A stretch of DNA of 64,000 bases from Acidobacteriota bacterium. Its GTDB lineage: Bacteria > Acidobacteriota > UBA6911 > RPQK01 > JAJDTT01. A model generated the notes under the pieces. That model saw nothing but the letters and a program-made list of their open reading frames with translations. It had not been told where the DNA came from and searched no databases. Of this stretch, positions 20,437 through 30,456 are shown one piece after another (the stretch's first letter is position 1; each line of letters begins with the position of its first letter). The DNA lies in assembly GCA_965263035.1 (NCBI GenBank), contig OZ253580.1:4480001-4544000 (forward strand), written 5' to 3'. The position numbers were made by a program, and so were the translations under genes.

Positions 20437-20472
20437 TTGGTCGGCTCAAGTGATCTGGATGGGGCGAGTCTC

Positions 20473-21249
20473 TTGAAGAAGCTCTCCGGCGTCGTCATCA
20501 GCTACAACGAGGAGGAGAAGATCGATGCTGCTCTGAGCAGCCTTCAGGCCGTGACCGACGAGATCGTGGTGGTGGACTCCTTCAGCTCAGATGGGACCGA
20601 AGCCATCTGCCGTCGTTATACGGATCGATTTCTCCAACGCAGGTGGTCCGGCTACCGCGACCAGAAGCAGTTTGCGGCCCATCAAGCCTCCTTCGACTGG
20701 GTCCTGAGCCTGGATGCGGACGAAGTCCTGAGTCCGGAGCTGCAAGCGGAAGTGCACCGCTGGAAATCCGGGAAGGATGACGGAATCGACGGATACTACC
20801 TGTGCCGCAAGACCTTCTTTCTGGGGAGATGGATCGAGCACACGACCTGGTATCCCGATTGGCAGATGAGACTCTTTCTCCGGTCCGGGGGACAGTGGAA
20901 GGGCGGACGGGTCCATGAGTCCTTCCGAGTCAAAGGGCCCACCGGCCGACTTTCGGGGGATCTGCACCACTACACCTACGCTTCCCTGAGCGAGTATCTG
21001 CAACAGCTGGAGCGGTTCACCAACTTGGCGGCGGCCGACTATTTCGATTCGGGTGCCCGAGCCGGACCGTTGAAACTGTTGTTGTATCCCCCTCTGGTAT
21101 TCCTGCGCAATTACGTCCTTCACCGGGGTTTTCAGGACGGCGTTCCCGGGCTGGCCGTGTCGGCCCTCTCTGCCGTGTCCACATTCTTCAAGTATCTCAA
21201 GCTGTGGGAACTGGCCGCAGGAGACCCGAAGCGGGTGGGTGATCGATAG
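20473..21249 (+). CDS. Glycosyltransferase family 2 (WaaE/KdtX-like beta-1,4-glucosyltransferase)
   Basis: ISYNEE, VVDSFSSDGT, WVLSLDADE, WYPDWQMRLF, RVHE. Confidence 0.88.
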   Translation: MKKLSGVVISYNEEEKIDAALSSLQAVTDEIVVVDSFSSDGTEAICRRYTDRFLQRRWSGYRDQKQFAAHQASFDWVLSLDADEVLSPELQAEVHRWKSGKDDGIDGYYLCRKTFFLGRWIEHTTWYPDWQMRLFLRSGGQWKGGRVHESFRVKGPTGRLSGDLHHYTYASLSEYLQQLERFTNLAAADYFDSGARAGPLKLLLYPPLVFLRNYVLHRGFQDGVPGLAVSALSAVSTFFKYLKLWELAAGDPKRVGDR

Positions 21250-22357
21250 CGTGAAGTGTCCTTTGAGGATCCTCTACGTGGATACCGAGAGCTTCTGGCG
21301 GGGAGGCCAGGAGCAGCTCTTCAGTCTGATGGTGGGAATCCGACAACGGGGCTACGGCGTGGAGTTGGCGGCGCCGGCCGGGAGCCCGCTGGAAAACAGA
21401 GTTCACGATGCGGGCATTCCCACCCACAGCTTCACCCAGCGGAGTGAACTGAGTCTGCCGGCGGCATGGAGCCTGGCCCGGATTATGGGGCCCGGGAAGG
21501 TGGACGTGCTCCACTACAATACGCCCCGCCCGGTCCTGGCAGGCAAACTGGCGGCTTGGATCTGCGGAGTTCCCATTCTGGTCGCTTCCCGCCGAGTCAA
21601 CTTTCCGCTGCGCTCCAGGTTCAGCCACATCAAGTACAACTGGCTCCTCGACCGGGTCGTCACCGTCTCCGGAAGTATCGAGCGGACGCTGGTTCAGGAC
21701 GGCGTACGGCCGGAGCGGGTTTCGGTGATCTATGAAGGGGTGGATCTGCAGTCCGTCGACGGGCACCCTTCCACGTCGGTTTTGCCGGTGCGATCGGGCC
21801 TTGTAGTGGGTGTCGTCGCCCATCTGAGCCCTGAGAAGGGACACGAGACGGTGCTGAAGGCCGCGGCTCGGTTGCGGGAGAGGTTTCCCGACGTGACGTA
21901 TGTCCTTGTCGGAGGCGGGGAGCGCAGGCAGATCCTCGAGGAGCGGGCTCGCGCACTGAATGTCGCGGACCGAGTCCTGTTCACCGGATTTCGGAAAGAC
22001 AGCGACGCGATGATGCGGGAATTCGACGTCTTCTGCCTGCCATCGCTGTCGGAGGGGCTCAGCTCCGCCATTCTCGCTGCAATGGCCCGGCCGCTACCCG
22101 TCGTGGCCACTCGTGTCGGGGGGATTCCGGAGCTGGTGGTAGATGGGAGTACGGGTCTGCTGGTCCCCGCCGGCAGGCCGGACAAGTTGGCCGAGGCGCT
22201 GGCCAAGGTGCTCTCGTCCTCCTCGTTGAGACGCCGAATGAGGGAAGCGGGTCGCAGGCGGGTCGCCGAGTATTTCACTCTGGATCGTAAGCTGGATGAG
22301 ACCGAGCGGCTCTATCTGGAATTGGCGAAATTGCGACGGCCGAAACGCCTGAGTTAG
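21239..22357 (+). CDS. Glycosyltransferase family 4
   Basis: WRGGQEQ, HLSPEKGH, PSLSEGL, VVATRVGGIPE. Confidence 0.9.
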   Translation: MIDSVKCPLRILYVDTESFWRGGQEQLFSLMVGIRQRGYGVELAAPAGSPLENRVHDAGIPTHSFTQRSELSLPAAWSLARIMGPGKVDVLHYNTPRPVLAGKLAAWICGVPILVASRRVNFPLRSRFSHIKYNWLLDRVVTVSGSIERTLVQDGVRPERVSVIYEGVDLQSVDGHPSTSVLPVRSGLVVGVVAHLSPEKGHETVLKAAARLRERFPDVTYVLVGGGERRQILEERARALNVADRVLFTGFRKDSDAMMREFDVFCLPSLSEGLSSAILAAMARPLPVVATRVGGIPELVVDGSTGLLVPAGRPDKLAEALAKVLSSSSLRRRMREAGRRRVAEYFTLDRKLDETERLYLELAKLRRPKRLS

Positions 22358-22517
22358 CAGTCCGTGGCAAAAGTCCCGCGTAGCACCGAAACCGGGGCTG
22401 CGCCCGCCGGACAAGGCGCGTAGAGGGAGCATACCGGGAGTATGCGACCGAGACGCAACGCAGTCCGCGCACGATGCAGACCCGGTCGAATGCCGTGACG
22501 ACTTTTTCCACTGGCTG
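22358..22517. mobile_element. MITE-like family B copy (160 bp)
   Basis: TIR cagtccgtggcaaaagtc...gactttttccactggctg; TA on both flanks. Confidence 0.85.
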
Positions 22518-22544
22518 GTAAGATGAGCCGGGATTTGGAAGAAG

Positions 22545-23303
22545 ATGAAGGGAATCATTCTCGCGGGTGGACTCGGCACCAGATTGTGGCCCCTCACCAA
22601 GGTGACCAACAAGCACCTGTTGCCGGTCTACAACAAGCCCATGATCTACTATCCGCTGGAAATGTTGGTCGACGCCGGCATCGACGAGATCATGCTGGTG
22701 ACGGGGGGCAACAACGCGGGTGACTTTCTCCGTCTGTTGGGCAGCGGCCAGGAGTTCGGCCTCAGACAGATACACTTCGGCTATCAGGAGGGAGAGGGGG
22801 GAATCGCGGATGCGCTCTCTCTGGCCCGGCATTTCGCCGGAAACGACCTGATCTGTGTCGTGCTGGGCGACAACATTCTTGAACAATCCATCGTGCCGTT
22901 CGTTCGGAGCTTTCTCCGTCAGGGGCGGGGCGCCAAGATTCTATTGAAGAAAGTGCGCGACCCTCAACGTTTCGGTGTGCCGGAGTTGAACGGCGACCGA
23001 GTCGTACGCATCACCGAGAAGCCGTCCAGGCCCGTTTCTCCGTATGCCGTGACGGGAGTGTACATGTACGACAGCCGGGTCTTCGACATCATCGATACCC
23101 TCTCTCCTTCCGCCAGGGGCGAACTGGAGATTACGGACGTCAACAACCGGTACATCGAGTCGAACGAGTTGACGTACAATGTCATTGACGGCTGGTGGAC
23201 GGACGCGGGAACCATCGAGTCCCTGATGCGGGCCGCGAACCTGGTGGCGGCGGGTGCTGGAGATCTTGCGCACCTTGAAGTCGAGATGTTCGCCAATCCT
23301 TGA
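22545..23303 (+). CDS. rmlA: Glucose-1-phosphate thymidylyltransferase (short RmlA/SpsI type)
   Basis: MKGIILAGGLGTRL, KHLLPVYNKPMIYYP, SARGELEITDVN. Confidence 0.9.
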   Translation: MKGIILAGGLGTRLWPLTKVTNKHLLPVYNKPMIYYPLEMLVDAGIDEIMLVTGGNNAGDFLRLLGSGQEFGLRQIHFGYQEGEGGIADALSLARHFAGNDLICVVLGDNILEQSIVPFVRSFLRQGRGAKILLKKVRDPQRFGVPELNGDRVVRITEKPSRPVSPYAVTGVYMYDSRVFDIIDTLSPSARGELEITDVNNRYIESNELTYNVIDGWWTDAGTIESLMRAANLVAAGAGDLAHLEVEMFANP

Positions 23304-23393
23304 CATTCCGTGCAGAAACTCCCGTATGATCCGCTGATCAATGCGGGCCGGCACCGAGCCCCGGAATCGCAATTGGGATTTGGCGCCCTCATG

Positions 23394-23553
23394 CGGACCG
23401 TGGTAAAAGTCGTCACGGCATTCGACCGTCCCTGCATCGTGCGCGGACTGCGTTGCTATCGGCTCGCATACTCCCGGTATGCTCCCTCCGTTGCGCCTGG
23501 TCCGGCGGGCGCAGGAACGGTTTCGGTGCTCGCGGGACTTTCGCCACGGACTG
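23394..23553. mobile_element. MITE-like family B copy (160 bp)
   Basis: Near-identical to the copies at 37024 and 37186; reverse complement of 31196. Confidence 0.85.
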
Positions 23554-23569
23554 CAAGGGGTGGCTTCAG

Positions 23570-24595
23570 ATGAAACTGTTGGTGACCGGTGGAGCAGGTT
23601 TCATCGGCTCGAATTTCATCCGCCACATTCTGAGTCGCCGCGGCTTTCAGGTCGTCAACTTCGATCTCCTCACCTACGCCGGGAATCTGCAGAACTTGGC
23701 CGGTCTGGAGGCCGGCGACAACTACCGCTTCATCCGGGGCGACATTGCCTCCAGGGAACAGGTGGCCGGGGCTCTGGATCCCGGAATCGACGCCATTGTC
23801 CACTTTGCCGCCGAAAGCCATGTGGACCGGAGCATTCTGGATGCTTCCGCATTTGTCCAGACCAACGTTCTGGGAACCCAGAATCTATTGGAGACGGCCC
23901 GGCGCAAGGGGATTCCTCGTTTCATCCACGTTTCCACCGATGAGGTTTACGGGTCGCTGCCCGGCAGCGGAAAGTTCACGGAGGATTCTCCGCTGGCTCC
24001 CAACAGTCCCTACGCCGCCAGCAAGGCGGCCGCCGACCTCGTGGCCAGGGCCTACCATCGCACCTATGGTCTGGGCGTAGTTACGACGCGTTGCGGGAAC
24101 AACTACGGTCCCTATCAGTTTCCGGAGAAGCTGATTCCCCTGATGGTCTCCAACGCGCTGGACGATGAACCCCTCCCCCTGTACGGAGATGGTCTGCATA
24201 CCCGGGACTGGATTCATGTCCTGGACCATTGCCGGGCCTTGGAGGCGATATTGCTCGAAGGCCGAAACGGGACTGTCTACAACATCGGAGCTGAGGGAGA
24301 ACGAACCAATCTGGAAGTGGCGCGCCGTATCCTTGGTATCCTGGGAAAGGCTGAAGACCTGATCTCCTTCGTGGCCGACCGACCGGCCCACGATCGGAGG
24401 TACGCCGTGGACAGCAGCCGTCTGCGGCTGGAGTTGGGCTGGTCTCCCCGGATTCCCTTCGAGGAAGGATTGGAGGAGACGGTGCGGTGGTACCGGGATC
24501 ATCCCCGATGGGTGGACGGAGTTCGAAGCGGGGATTATCGACTCTACTACCGCAGGGTATACCGAAACCGGGATCGGACGCTGTCCAGCCTGTAA
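23570..24595 (+). CDS. rmlB: dTDP-glucose 4,6-dehydratase
   Basis: VTGGAGFIGS, FAAESHVDRS, STDEVYG, YAASK, QFPEKLIP. Confidence 0.95.
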   Translation: MKLLVTGGAGFIGSNFIRHILSRRGFQVVNFDLLTYAGNLQNLAGLEAGDNYRFIRGDIASREQVAGALDPGIDAIVHFAAESHVDRSILDASAFVQTNVLGTQNLLETARRKGIPRFIHVSTDEVYGSLPGSGKFTEDSPLAPNSPYAASKAAADLVARAYHRTYGLGVVTTRCGNNYGPYQFPEKLIPLMVSNALDDEPLPLYGDGLHTRDWIHVLDHCRALEAILLEGRNGTVYNIGAEGERTNLEVARRILGILGKAEDLISFVADRPAHDRRYAVDSSRLRLELGWSPRIPFEEGLEETVRWYRDHPRWVDGVRSGDYRLYYRRVYRNRDRTLSSL

Positions 24596-24605
24596 TTCTG
24601 GGCTG

Positions 24606-25067
24606 TTGGAGGATTCGGTGAACAACGGTTCGGTGGCCAGAAACAAGAAGGCCTTCCACAACTACGAGATCCGGCAGAGGTACCAGGCCGGAATGGTGCT
24701 GCTGGGAACCGAGATCAAGGCGATCCGCGACCATCAGGTCAGCCTTGCCGACAGCTATGCCAGGATCAGGAATGGAGAGGTCTGGTTGGAGAATTGCCAC
24801 ATCGGACCCTACCGTCATGGCAATTTGGCCAACCACGATCCCATGAGACCCCGGAAGCTGTTGCTGCACCGCAGAGAGATCAGCCGGTTGACGAGCGCCG
24901 TGGCCAACAAGGGGTTCACCCTGGTCCCTCTGGCTCTCTATTTCGAGAGGGGGCGGGCCAAGGTCGAGCTGGGAGTCGCTCGGGGAAAACGCCTCTACGA
25001 CAAGAGGGAAGCGGCCCGGCGCCGCGCCGTGGACCGGGACATTGCACAGGAGTTGAAGCGTCGATGA
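24606..25067 (+). CDS. smpB: SsrA-binding protein
   Basis: NKKAFHNY, LLGTEIKAIR, RKLLLHRREI, GKRLYDKRE. Confidence 0.96.
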   Translation: MEDSVNNGSVARNKKAFHNYEIRQRYQAGMVLLGTEIKAIRDHQVSLADSYARIRNGEVWLENCHIGPYRHGNLANHDPMRPRKLLLHRREISRLTSAVANKGFTLVPLALYFERGRAKVELGVARGKRLYDKREAARRRAVDRDIAQELKRR

Positions 25068-26554
25068 GCATGGAATTTGGAGTGGTCGATCTGAATTGGC
25101 ATCGTCTCGACTGCGATGCCATGGTGCTGATTCTTTATCAGGAGGAGGAGTCCGGCCAGTTGATCCGGTCGGCCGATGAACGCTTGAATGGCCTGCTGGC
25201 AGAGCTGACCGCCAGCGGAGAGTGGACGGCGGGCAACGGTGACATCCTGGTGATTCACAGGCCCGCGGACGTCTCGGCCCGCCGTCTGGTCCTTTTGGGC
25301 GCGGGGCGCCGCGGCGATTGCGGCGGCGCCCGTCTTCGCGATCGAATGGTTCAGGTGGTGCGCAATTTTCGAGGCTCCAATGTCGAAAGCATTGCCGTTG
25401 AAGGCTGGGATGCATTGGATTCTGCCCTCTCGATCCAGGCGTGTGCCGAGGGTCTGGTCATCGGGTGCTATGAACCGGACGAATACAAGACCCGGGATCG
25501 ACGCCAGTCCAAAATCGGCAAGGCGCTATTCTGCTCCGGTGATCCGGCGCGGACGAGCGAGTTGCAGGAGGCTTTGAATCGCGGGCAGATTCTGGGGGAG
25601 GCCACCAATCTGGCTCGGTCCCTGGTCAATCAGCCCGGGAACAGGGTCAATCCCTCGCGGCTGGCCGAGGAGGCCCGCTCCATTGCGGGGAAATCGGGTC
25701 TCCAGATCGAGATCCTGGATGAGCCGGCCATGGAGGACGAGGGCATGGGGGCTCTTTTGGCCGTGGCTCGGGGGAGTCACGAGCCGGCCAGGATGATCGT
25801 CTTGAAGCACTTCGGAGCCGAGGATGACGGTGCGCCGCCGGTGGTTTTGGTCGGCAAGGGGGTGACCTTCGACAGTGGGGGGCTCTCCCTGAAGACCTCC
25901 CAGGGAATGGAGGAGATGAAAGCGGACAAGGCCGGAGCCTGTGCCGTTCTGGCCGCCATGAAGGCCGTCTCCGAACTGCGGTTGCGCAAGAATGTCGTGG
26001 GCATTCTTCCGGCAGTCGAAAACATGCCCAGCGGCCGGGCTCAGCGTCCCGGCGATGTGGTTCGTTCCATGTCGGGCAAGACCATCGAGGTCCTCAACAC
26101 GGACGCGGAGGGCCGGCTGATTCTGGCCGACGCCATACACTATGCCCTACGTTTGAATCCGGCCTGCATCGTGGACATCGCCACGCTCACGGGCGCCTGC
26201 GTGGTCGCGCTGGGCCATGTCCGCGCTGGGCTGTTTTCCAACGATGACCGGCTGGCGCAGAGCTTTTTCAAGGCCTCGGAACGGTCCGGGGAGAAGTTCT
26301 GGCGGCTTCCTCTGGACGACGAGTACCGCTCGCTCCTGGACAGCCATATTGCGGATATGAGAAACGTGGGAAAGCGGGCGGCCGGCGCCGTCACGGCTGC
26401 CAAGTTCCTCCAGGAATTCGTCGACGATACGCCCTGGTGTCATATCGACATGGCCGGTGTGGACATGTTTCAGGAGGGAGGCGCCAACCAGGGACCCACC
26501 GGCTTCGGTGTGCGAACCATGGTGGAGCTGGCGTCACTCTATCCGGATTCATGA
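25064..26554 (+). CDS. pepA: Leucyl aminopeptidase (M17)
   Basis: VGKGVTFDSGG, MKADKAG, NTDAEGRL, DIATLTGA. Confidence 0.95.
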   Translation: MSMEFGVVDLNWHRLDCDAMVLILYQEEESGQLIRSADERLNGLLAELTASGEWTAGNGDILVIHRPADVSARRLVLLGAGRRGDCGGARLRDRMVQVVRNFRGSNVESIAVEGWDALDSALSIQACAEGLVIGCYEPDEYKTRDRRQSKIGKALFCSGDPARTSELQEALNRGQILGEATNLARSLVNQPGNRVNPSRLAEEARSIAGKSGLQIEILDEPAMEDEGMGALLAVARGSHEPARMIVLKHFGAEDDGAPPVVLVGKGVTFDSGGLSLKTSQGMEEMKADKAGACAVLAAMKAVSELRLRKNVVGILPAVENMPSGRAQRPGDVVRSMSGKTIEVLNTDAEGRLILADAIHYALRLNPACIVDIATLTGACVVALGHVRAGLFSNDDRLAQSFFKASERSGEKFWRLPLDDEYRSLLDSHIADMRNVGKRAAGAVTAAKFLQEFVDDTPWCHIDMAGVDMFQEGGANQGPTGFGVRTMVELASLYPDS

Positions 26555-26612
26555 ATCGTCCGGTATCCGTGGTTCGCTATCTCGCAGCATCAGCCCGAGT
26601 CCGGGGACGCTT

Positions 26613-27257
26613 GTGAGGACTGCTCTCCGGTTTGCCGCTCTGGCACGAAAGAAGCAGCTCTTCGAAGCGGGAAAATCGGATTCCTACGAACTGCTCCGGC
26701 AGCGGATTCTTCCCGGATTGGTAGAGTTCGAGGCCTTGCGGGGCGGATTGGCGGAGCCGGTTGTCAGCGCTGGATTTCGAGTTCTATTGAAGATCGCTCG
26801 CGCCGGGAGGTGTCCCGATCTCGAAGGTCTGATCGCCTTGCGCGACGCCATCATCCCCGGGACGAAGGCTGGATTGCGCCTGGTCCCCGCCGAGCCTCTC
26901 TGCCGCGCTCACGTGCCGTTCGAACCTGCGGCGGTTGGGCCGGCCCTGGACCGGTTCTTCGAGTGGACCCGCAGTCCGGGCTTTGCCGAGATGCACGTTG
27001 TGGAGCAGGTCACGGTGACCCAGATCCGACTCCACGAAATCTATCCGTTCGGGGAAGGGACGGAGGTCGCGGTCTCATTGTTCGCCCACTGGTTTCTGCT
27101 GGCGCAGGGCTATCTCCTGCCGGCCTACGGGTTTGCGGACGCCGCCGAGTTCGACCCGGCTCTGCAGGCCGGTCTGGAATTCAGGACGGAAGATCTGGTG
27201 AATCTGAACCTTCGGGCTCTGGGGCGGGCATACAATCTGGGACTGGAGGACTCTTGA
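26613..27257 (+). CDS. Fic/DOC-like protein with degenerate motif; start uncertain
   Basis: HVVEQ...RLHEIYPFGEGTEVAVSL aligns with the Fic core hHPFxxGNGR. Confidence 0.55.
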   Translation: MRTALRFAALARKKQLFEAGKSDSYELLRQRILPGLVEFEALRGGLAEPVVSAGFRVLLKIARAGRCPDLEGLIALRDAIIPGTKAGLRLVPAEPLCRAHVPFEPAAVGPALDRFFEWTRSPGFAEMHVVEQVTVTQIRLHEIYPFGEGTEVAVSLFAHWFLLAQGYLLPAYGFADAAEFDPALQAGLEFRTEDLVNLNLRALGRAYNLGLEDS

Positions 27258-27258
27258 C

Positions 27259-27591
27259 TCAGACGCGGCGTCTGGGTCCCAACCCCGGCTCGTCTTCATT
27301 CTGCTTGAAAATGTATTTGATCACGTTCTTTGGGATCAGGAGATTAGGCTCGGTTTCCCGGTTCACTTTGATGCAGTTTCTGTCGTACCACTCGATGACG
27401 CCCCGAATCTCTTCTCCGTCGATGAGTCGCACCACCATGGGGGTTTTCCCCGTCATCTGCTTCAGATAGTAATACTGCTCCGCGTTGGTCTGTTCGGGGG
27501 GAACTCGCCGCTTCGGGCCGTCGGCGTACTTGGGCGAACTCTGGTCCCGCAGTCCCGAAAGTGAGGGCCGTATCAATTTTCGATTGACCAT
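27259..27591 (-). CDS. hfq: Hfq/Sm-like RNA chaperone
   Basis: YLKQM..KTPMVVRLIDGEEIRGVIEWYDRNCI...LLIPKNVIKYI fits Sm1/Sm2. Confidence 0.75.
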   Translation of the reverse strand: MVNRKLIRPSLSGLRDQSSPKYADGPKRRVPPEQTNAEQYYYLKQMTGKTPMVVRLIDGEEIRGVIEWYDRNCIKVNRETEPNLLIPKNVIKYIFKQNEDEPGLGPRRRV

Positions 27592-27714
27592 AGTGACCTC
27601 ATGCCAAGCTGAGTCTCATTCTTGTATGGAGCTTGAAATGAAAAAGGACCAATAAAGGGGAGAGTAGAATCTCCAAAAGCGCTATCTGAGAAAGTATAAC
27701 ATCTGTGCCCTGTT

Positions 27715-27743
27715 TTGACAAGCGATACGGCCCCAAATAGAAT
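27715..27743 (+). promoter_or_regulatory. sigma70 promoter
   Basis: TTGACA-17 bp-TAGAAT. Confidence 0.7.
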
Positions 27744-27756
27744 GGTCCGTGTCGGC

Positions 27757-28179
27757 ATGCGAGCCCTTTTCTACCCCCTTTTGCTTCTGGCTTTGACACT
27801 CCCCCTCCAGGAACGGAGATTGGGGCGCAAGCCGGTCCTGATTCGAGCGGATGACGCCTCCTCACAAGAGCAGGAGGAGGTCCCTCCGGAGCCCGATCCG
27901 GATAAAGCCCGCAAGGCCGTCGAGATCGGAAACTTCTACTACAAGCGGGAGAATTACAAGGCGGCCGAAATCCGCTACCGAGAAGCGATCCTTTACGGAC
28001 CCAATTGGCACGAAGGGTACGAGAAACTGGTCAAGACCCTGGAGACCTTGGCCCAATACGGCCAGGCGATCCAGGCTTGCCGAGACTTCCTCAAGGCCGT
28101 GCCCGACTCCAAGAAGGCTTCTGAGTTCGAGCGCCGGGCGAAGCTCCTGGAACAGAAGCTGGGCAGCGGCGCCGACTGA
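27757..28179 (+). CDS. Secreted TPR protein (BamD/CpoB-like repeats)
   Basis: Signal peptide; IGNFYYKRENYKAAE..Y; FLKAVPDSK. Confidence 0.7.
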   Translation: MRALFYPLLLLALTLPLQERRLGRKPVLIRADDASSQEQEEVPPEPDPDKARKAVEIGNFYYKRENYKAAEIRYREAILYGPNWHEGYEKLVKTLETLAQYGQAIQACRDFLKAVPDSKKASEFERRAKLLEQKLGSGAD

Positions 28180-28655
28180 AGAAGAGATAAGTACCTCCAC
28201 CGGGCGGCGAAGGTGGAACCACGGTCTTCCAGCCCTCCAAGGAGCGCGGCGGGTTCCCGATCAGCCGGTCCCTCGTTCCATACGTTCCCGGTCTTGCACG
28301 AATCGACGAGCAAACTTGGCTCAACCTATGTGGAATCGGGAAGTTTTCGCTACGGATAGCAAAAATGACATCACGATTTACTATCCATAGTAAATCAAGG
28401 GCAGGGCAGAGGAAAAATAGAAGTTCTCCCAGCGCACGGGAGCGGTGGGTTTCCAGCCGCCGAATTCCCAACGGAGTATCGGGAATCAGGATCATGAGGG
28501 AATGGGCGATTGGAAAGTTGTCCGTCCAATTTGTCAGTACTCGACCCCAGTGGCAGGGGCGATAAGGCTACCGCCGGTTTCCGGTCCCTTGGGTGGAATT
28601 CGGAATTTCCCGGAAGTGGGATGGGAGGTGCCAGCGAAAGTGATGTGGCGGACGG

Positions 28656-29354
28656 TCAGTTCGTCCGCGGTCGTTTGCCCCGTCGCCGCCCCCGGCGTTG
28701 AGTGCATCTTCGGCGAGAGGTGTCGACCTCGTAGTTCAAACAGCACTTGAGGCGGCCGCACATGCCGGAGAGCCGGTTCATGCTCATTCTCAAGTCCTGA
28801 CGCTTGACCGTCCGTACGCTCACCGACTTCAGTTCCTTCAGGAAAAGAGCCGAGCAATTCTGCCCCAGACCACAGCAACCCAGTCCGCCGATAAGTTTGG
28901 CCTCATCTCGAGCCCCCACTTGGCGCATTTCGATTCTGGTCCTCAGGCGGTGCGCCAACTGTTTGACCAGACTTCGAAAGTCGACTCGGCGATTAGCGGT
29001 GAAGTAGATGATGACTCGGCTTCCGTCGAAGACGTACTCGACTTCGGACAGCTTCATGGGAAGCTTGTGGGCCTTGATCTGCTTGCGGCAGAGACGGTAC
29101 GCCGTATTTTCCCAGTCCTTCTTTTTCTCGTACAGGTAGAGGTCCCGTTCCGTCGCCCGTCTCAGAGCCTTGCCCAGGGTCGTCTCCGTCGTCCCGTTGG
29201 TGTCGAGTTGGTGACTGTCGAGAACCATCCCCACTTCCACGCTCCGCTCGGTGGAGACCACACAGCGGTCTCCAACCCGAAAGCTCATGTTCGTCGCCAG
29301 GAATCTTCCGATCGTCTTCCGGAGTCCGAATCTCAAGGTGAGCAATTCGTACAT
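28656..29354 (-). CDS. ricT: PSP1-domain protein (RicT/YaaT)
   Basis: YFTANRRVDFRSLVK, RIEMRQVGARDEAK, GMCGRLKCCLNYE; downstream of holB. Confidence 0.88.
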   Translation of the reverse strand: MYELLTLRFGLRKTIGRFLATNMSFRVGDRCVVSTERSVEVGMVLDSHQLDTNGTTETTLGKALRRATERDLYLYEKKKDWENTAYRLCRKQIKAHKLPMKLSEVEYVFDGSRVIIYFTANRRVDFRSLVKQLAHRLRTRIEMRQVGARDEAKLIGGLGCCGLGQNCSALFLKELKSVSVRTVKRQDLRMSMNRLSGMCGRLKCCLNYEVDTSRRRCTQRRGRRRGKRPRTN

Positions 29355-29355
29355 G

Positions 29356-30414
29356 TCATGCCCTTCCGGCCAATTTCAACCAAAGGGTTTCGAAGCAGAA
29401 GAGGGGCTGAACGTTCCTGTCCAGATCCTCGCGTGCCTCCCGGAGATGGTATAGGAGATCCCGAATCCAGTCCAGATCGACTCTTTCCGCCAGTTCCAGC
29501 AACCGCTCCCGGCGATCCAGGTTCACCAATCTGGACTCGGTCCCGGTTCGAAGGAAATAAAGGTCTTCACCCAGATGCCTCAATGTTTCCAGATGTTCTC
29601 GAACTCGGTCCCGGCTCTTGAGGTCCCTGCGCAAGGGTTCTTCCTCACAGGCCTCGAAGAGTTGGGTGAAGGAGGCGTTCGACAGCCACTGTTGGAGCAC
29701 GGTCAGAACCCGGTCCCGGTCCTGCAGCGTTTGCTCCAGGTCCAACCGCAGGGCTCGTCCGATGCTTCCCCCGGCGAATGCCGCCCGTTGCTCCGCCTCT
29801 TCCGCTCCATATCGGATCTCGAGATAATTTCTGAGCTGGTTGCGTGTCAAGGGTCGGAAAACGAAGAGTTGGCATCTGGATCGAATGGTTGGGAGGAGCT
29901 GGTTGGGGAAGGCCGTCGTCAGGATGATCCGGCTGGTCTCGGCCGGTTCTTCCAGCGTCTTGAGGATGGAGTTGGCGGCTTCCCGGGTCATCTTTTCCGC
30001 CTGGTCCACGATGAAGACTCGGCAGGCTCCTTGAAAGGGCCGGAAACGGGCCTCTCGGGTCAACTGCCGGATGGTCTCGATCCTGATGGAAGTGCCGGTG
30101 GCCTGGAAGAGGCGGATGTCCGGATGGTTGCCTCCGGCCACCTTCGAGCACGATTCGCAGTTTCCACAGAAGTCCTCTCCAAGCCGGTTTCTGCAGTCGG
30201 TCCGGGTGGCCAGGCCCAGTGCCAGGGTCTTCTTGCCGACTCCTTCGGGCCCGGCAAAGAGGGCGGATTGGGGTAGGGAAGCTCTCTTCACCCGGCTGAC
30301 GAGCTCCTGGTTCCCGATGAAATCCTGCAGACGCACCAGGCTGTACCCTGACGACAGGCCGGAACCGGAAACCTCGGACGAACTGCGCTTGGCGGCGCGA
30401 CGCTTGGCGGCCAT
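29356..30414 (-). CDS. holB: DNA polymerase III delta-prime subunit
   Basis: LFAGPEGVGKK, CGNCESC, HPD, AANSILKTLEEP, LLPTIRSRC. Confidence 0.93.
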   Translation of the reverse strand: MAAKRRAAKRSSSEVSGSGLSSGYSLVRLQDFIGNQELVSRVKRASLPQSALFAGPEGVGKKTLALGLATRTDCRNRLGEDFCGNCESCSKVAGGNHPDIRLFQATGTSIRIETIRQLTREARFRPFQGACRVFIVDQAEKMTREAANSILKTLEEPAETSRIILTTAFPNQLLPTIRSRCQLFVFRPLTRNQLRNYLEIRYGAEEAEQRAAFAGGSIGRALRLDLEQTLQDRDRVLTVLQQWLSNASFTQLFEACEEEPLRRDLKSRDRVREHLETLRHLGEDLYFLRTGTESRLVNLDRRERLLELAERVDLDWIRDLLYHLREAREDLDRNVQPLFCFETLWLKLAGRA

Positions 30415-30456
30415 CTCTTCTTCTTGCCGGCGGCCTCTCCTGGCGAGCAGTGTGGG

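Noticed and set aside
24595-25067. tmRNA (ssrA) next to smpB
   Set aside because: There is no space and no tRNA-like ends; smpB is tightly flanked by rmlB and pepA
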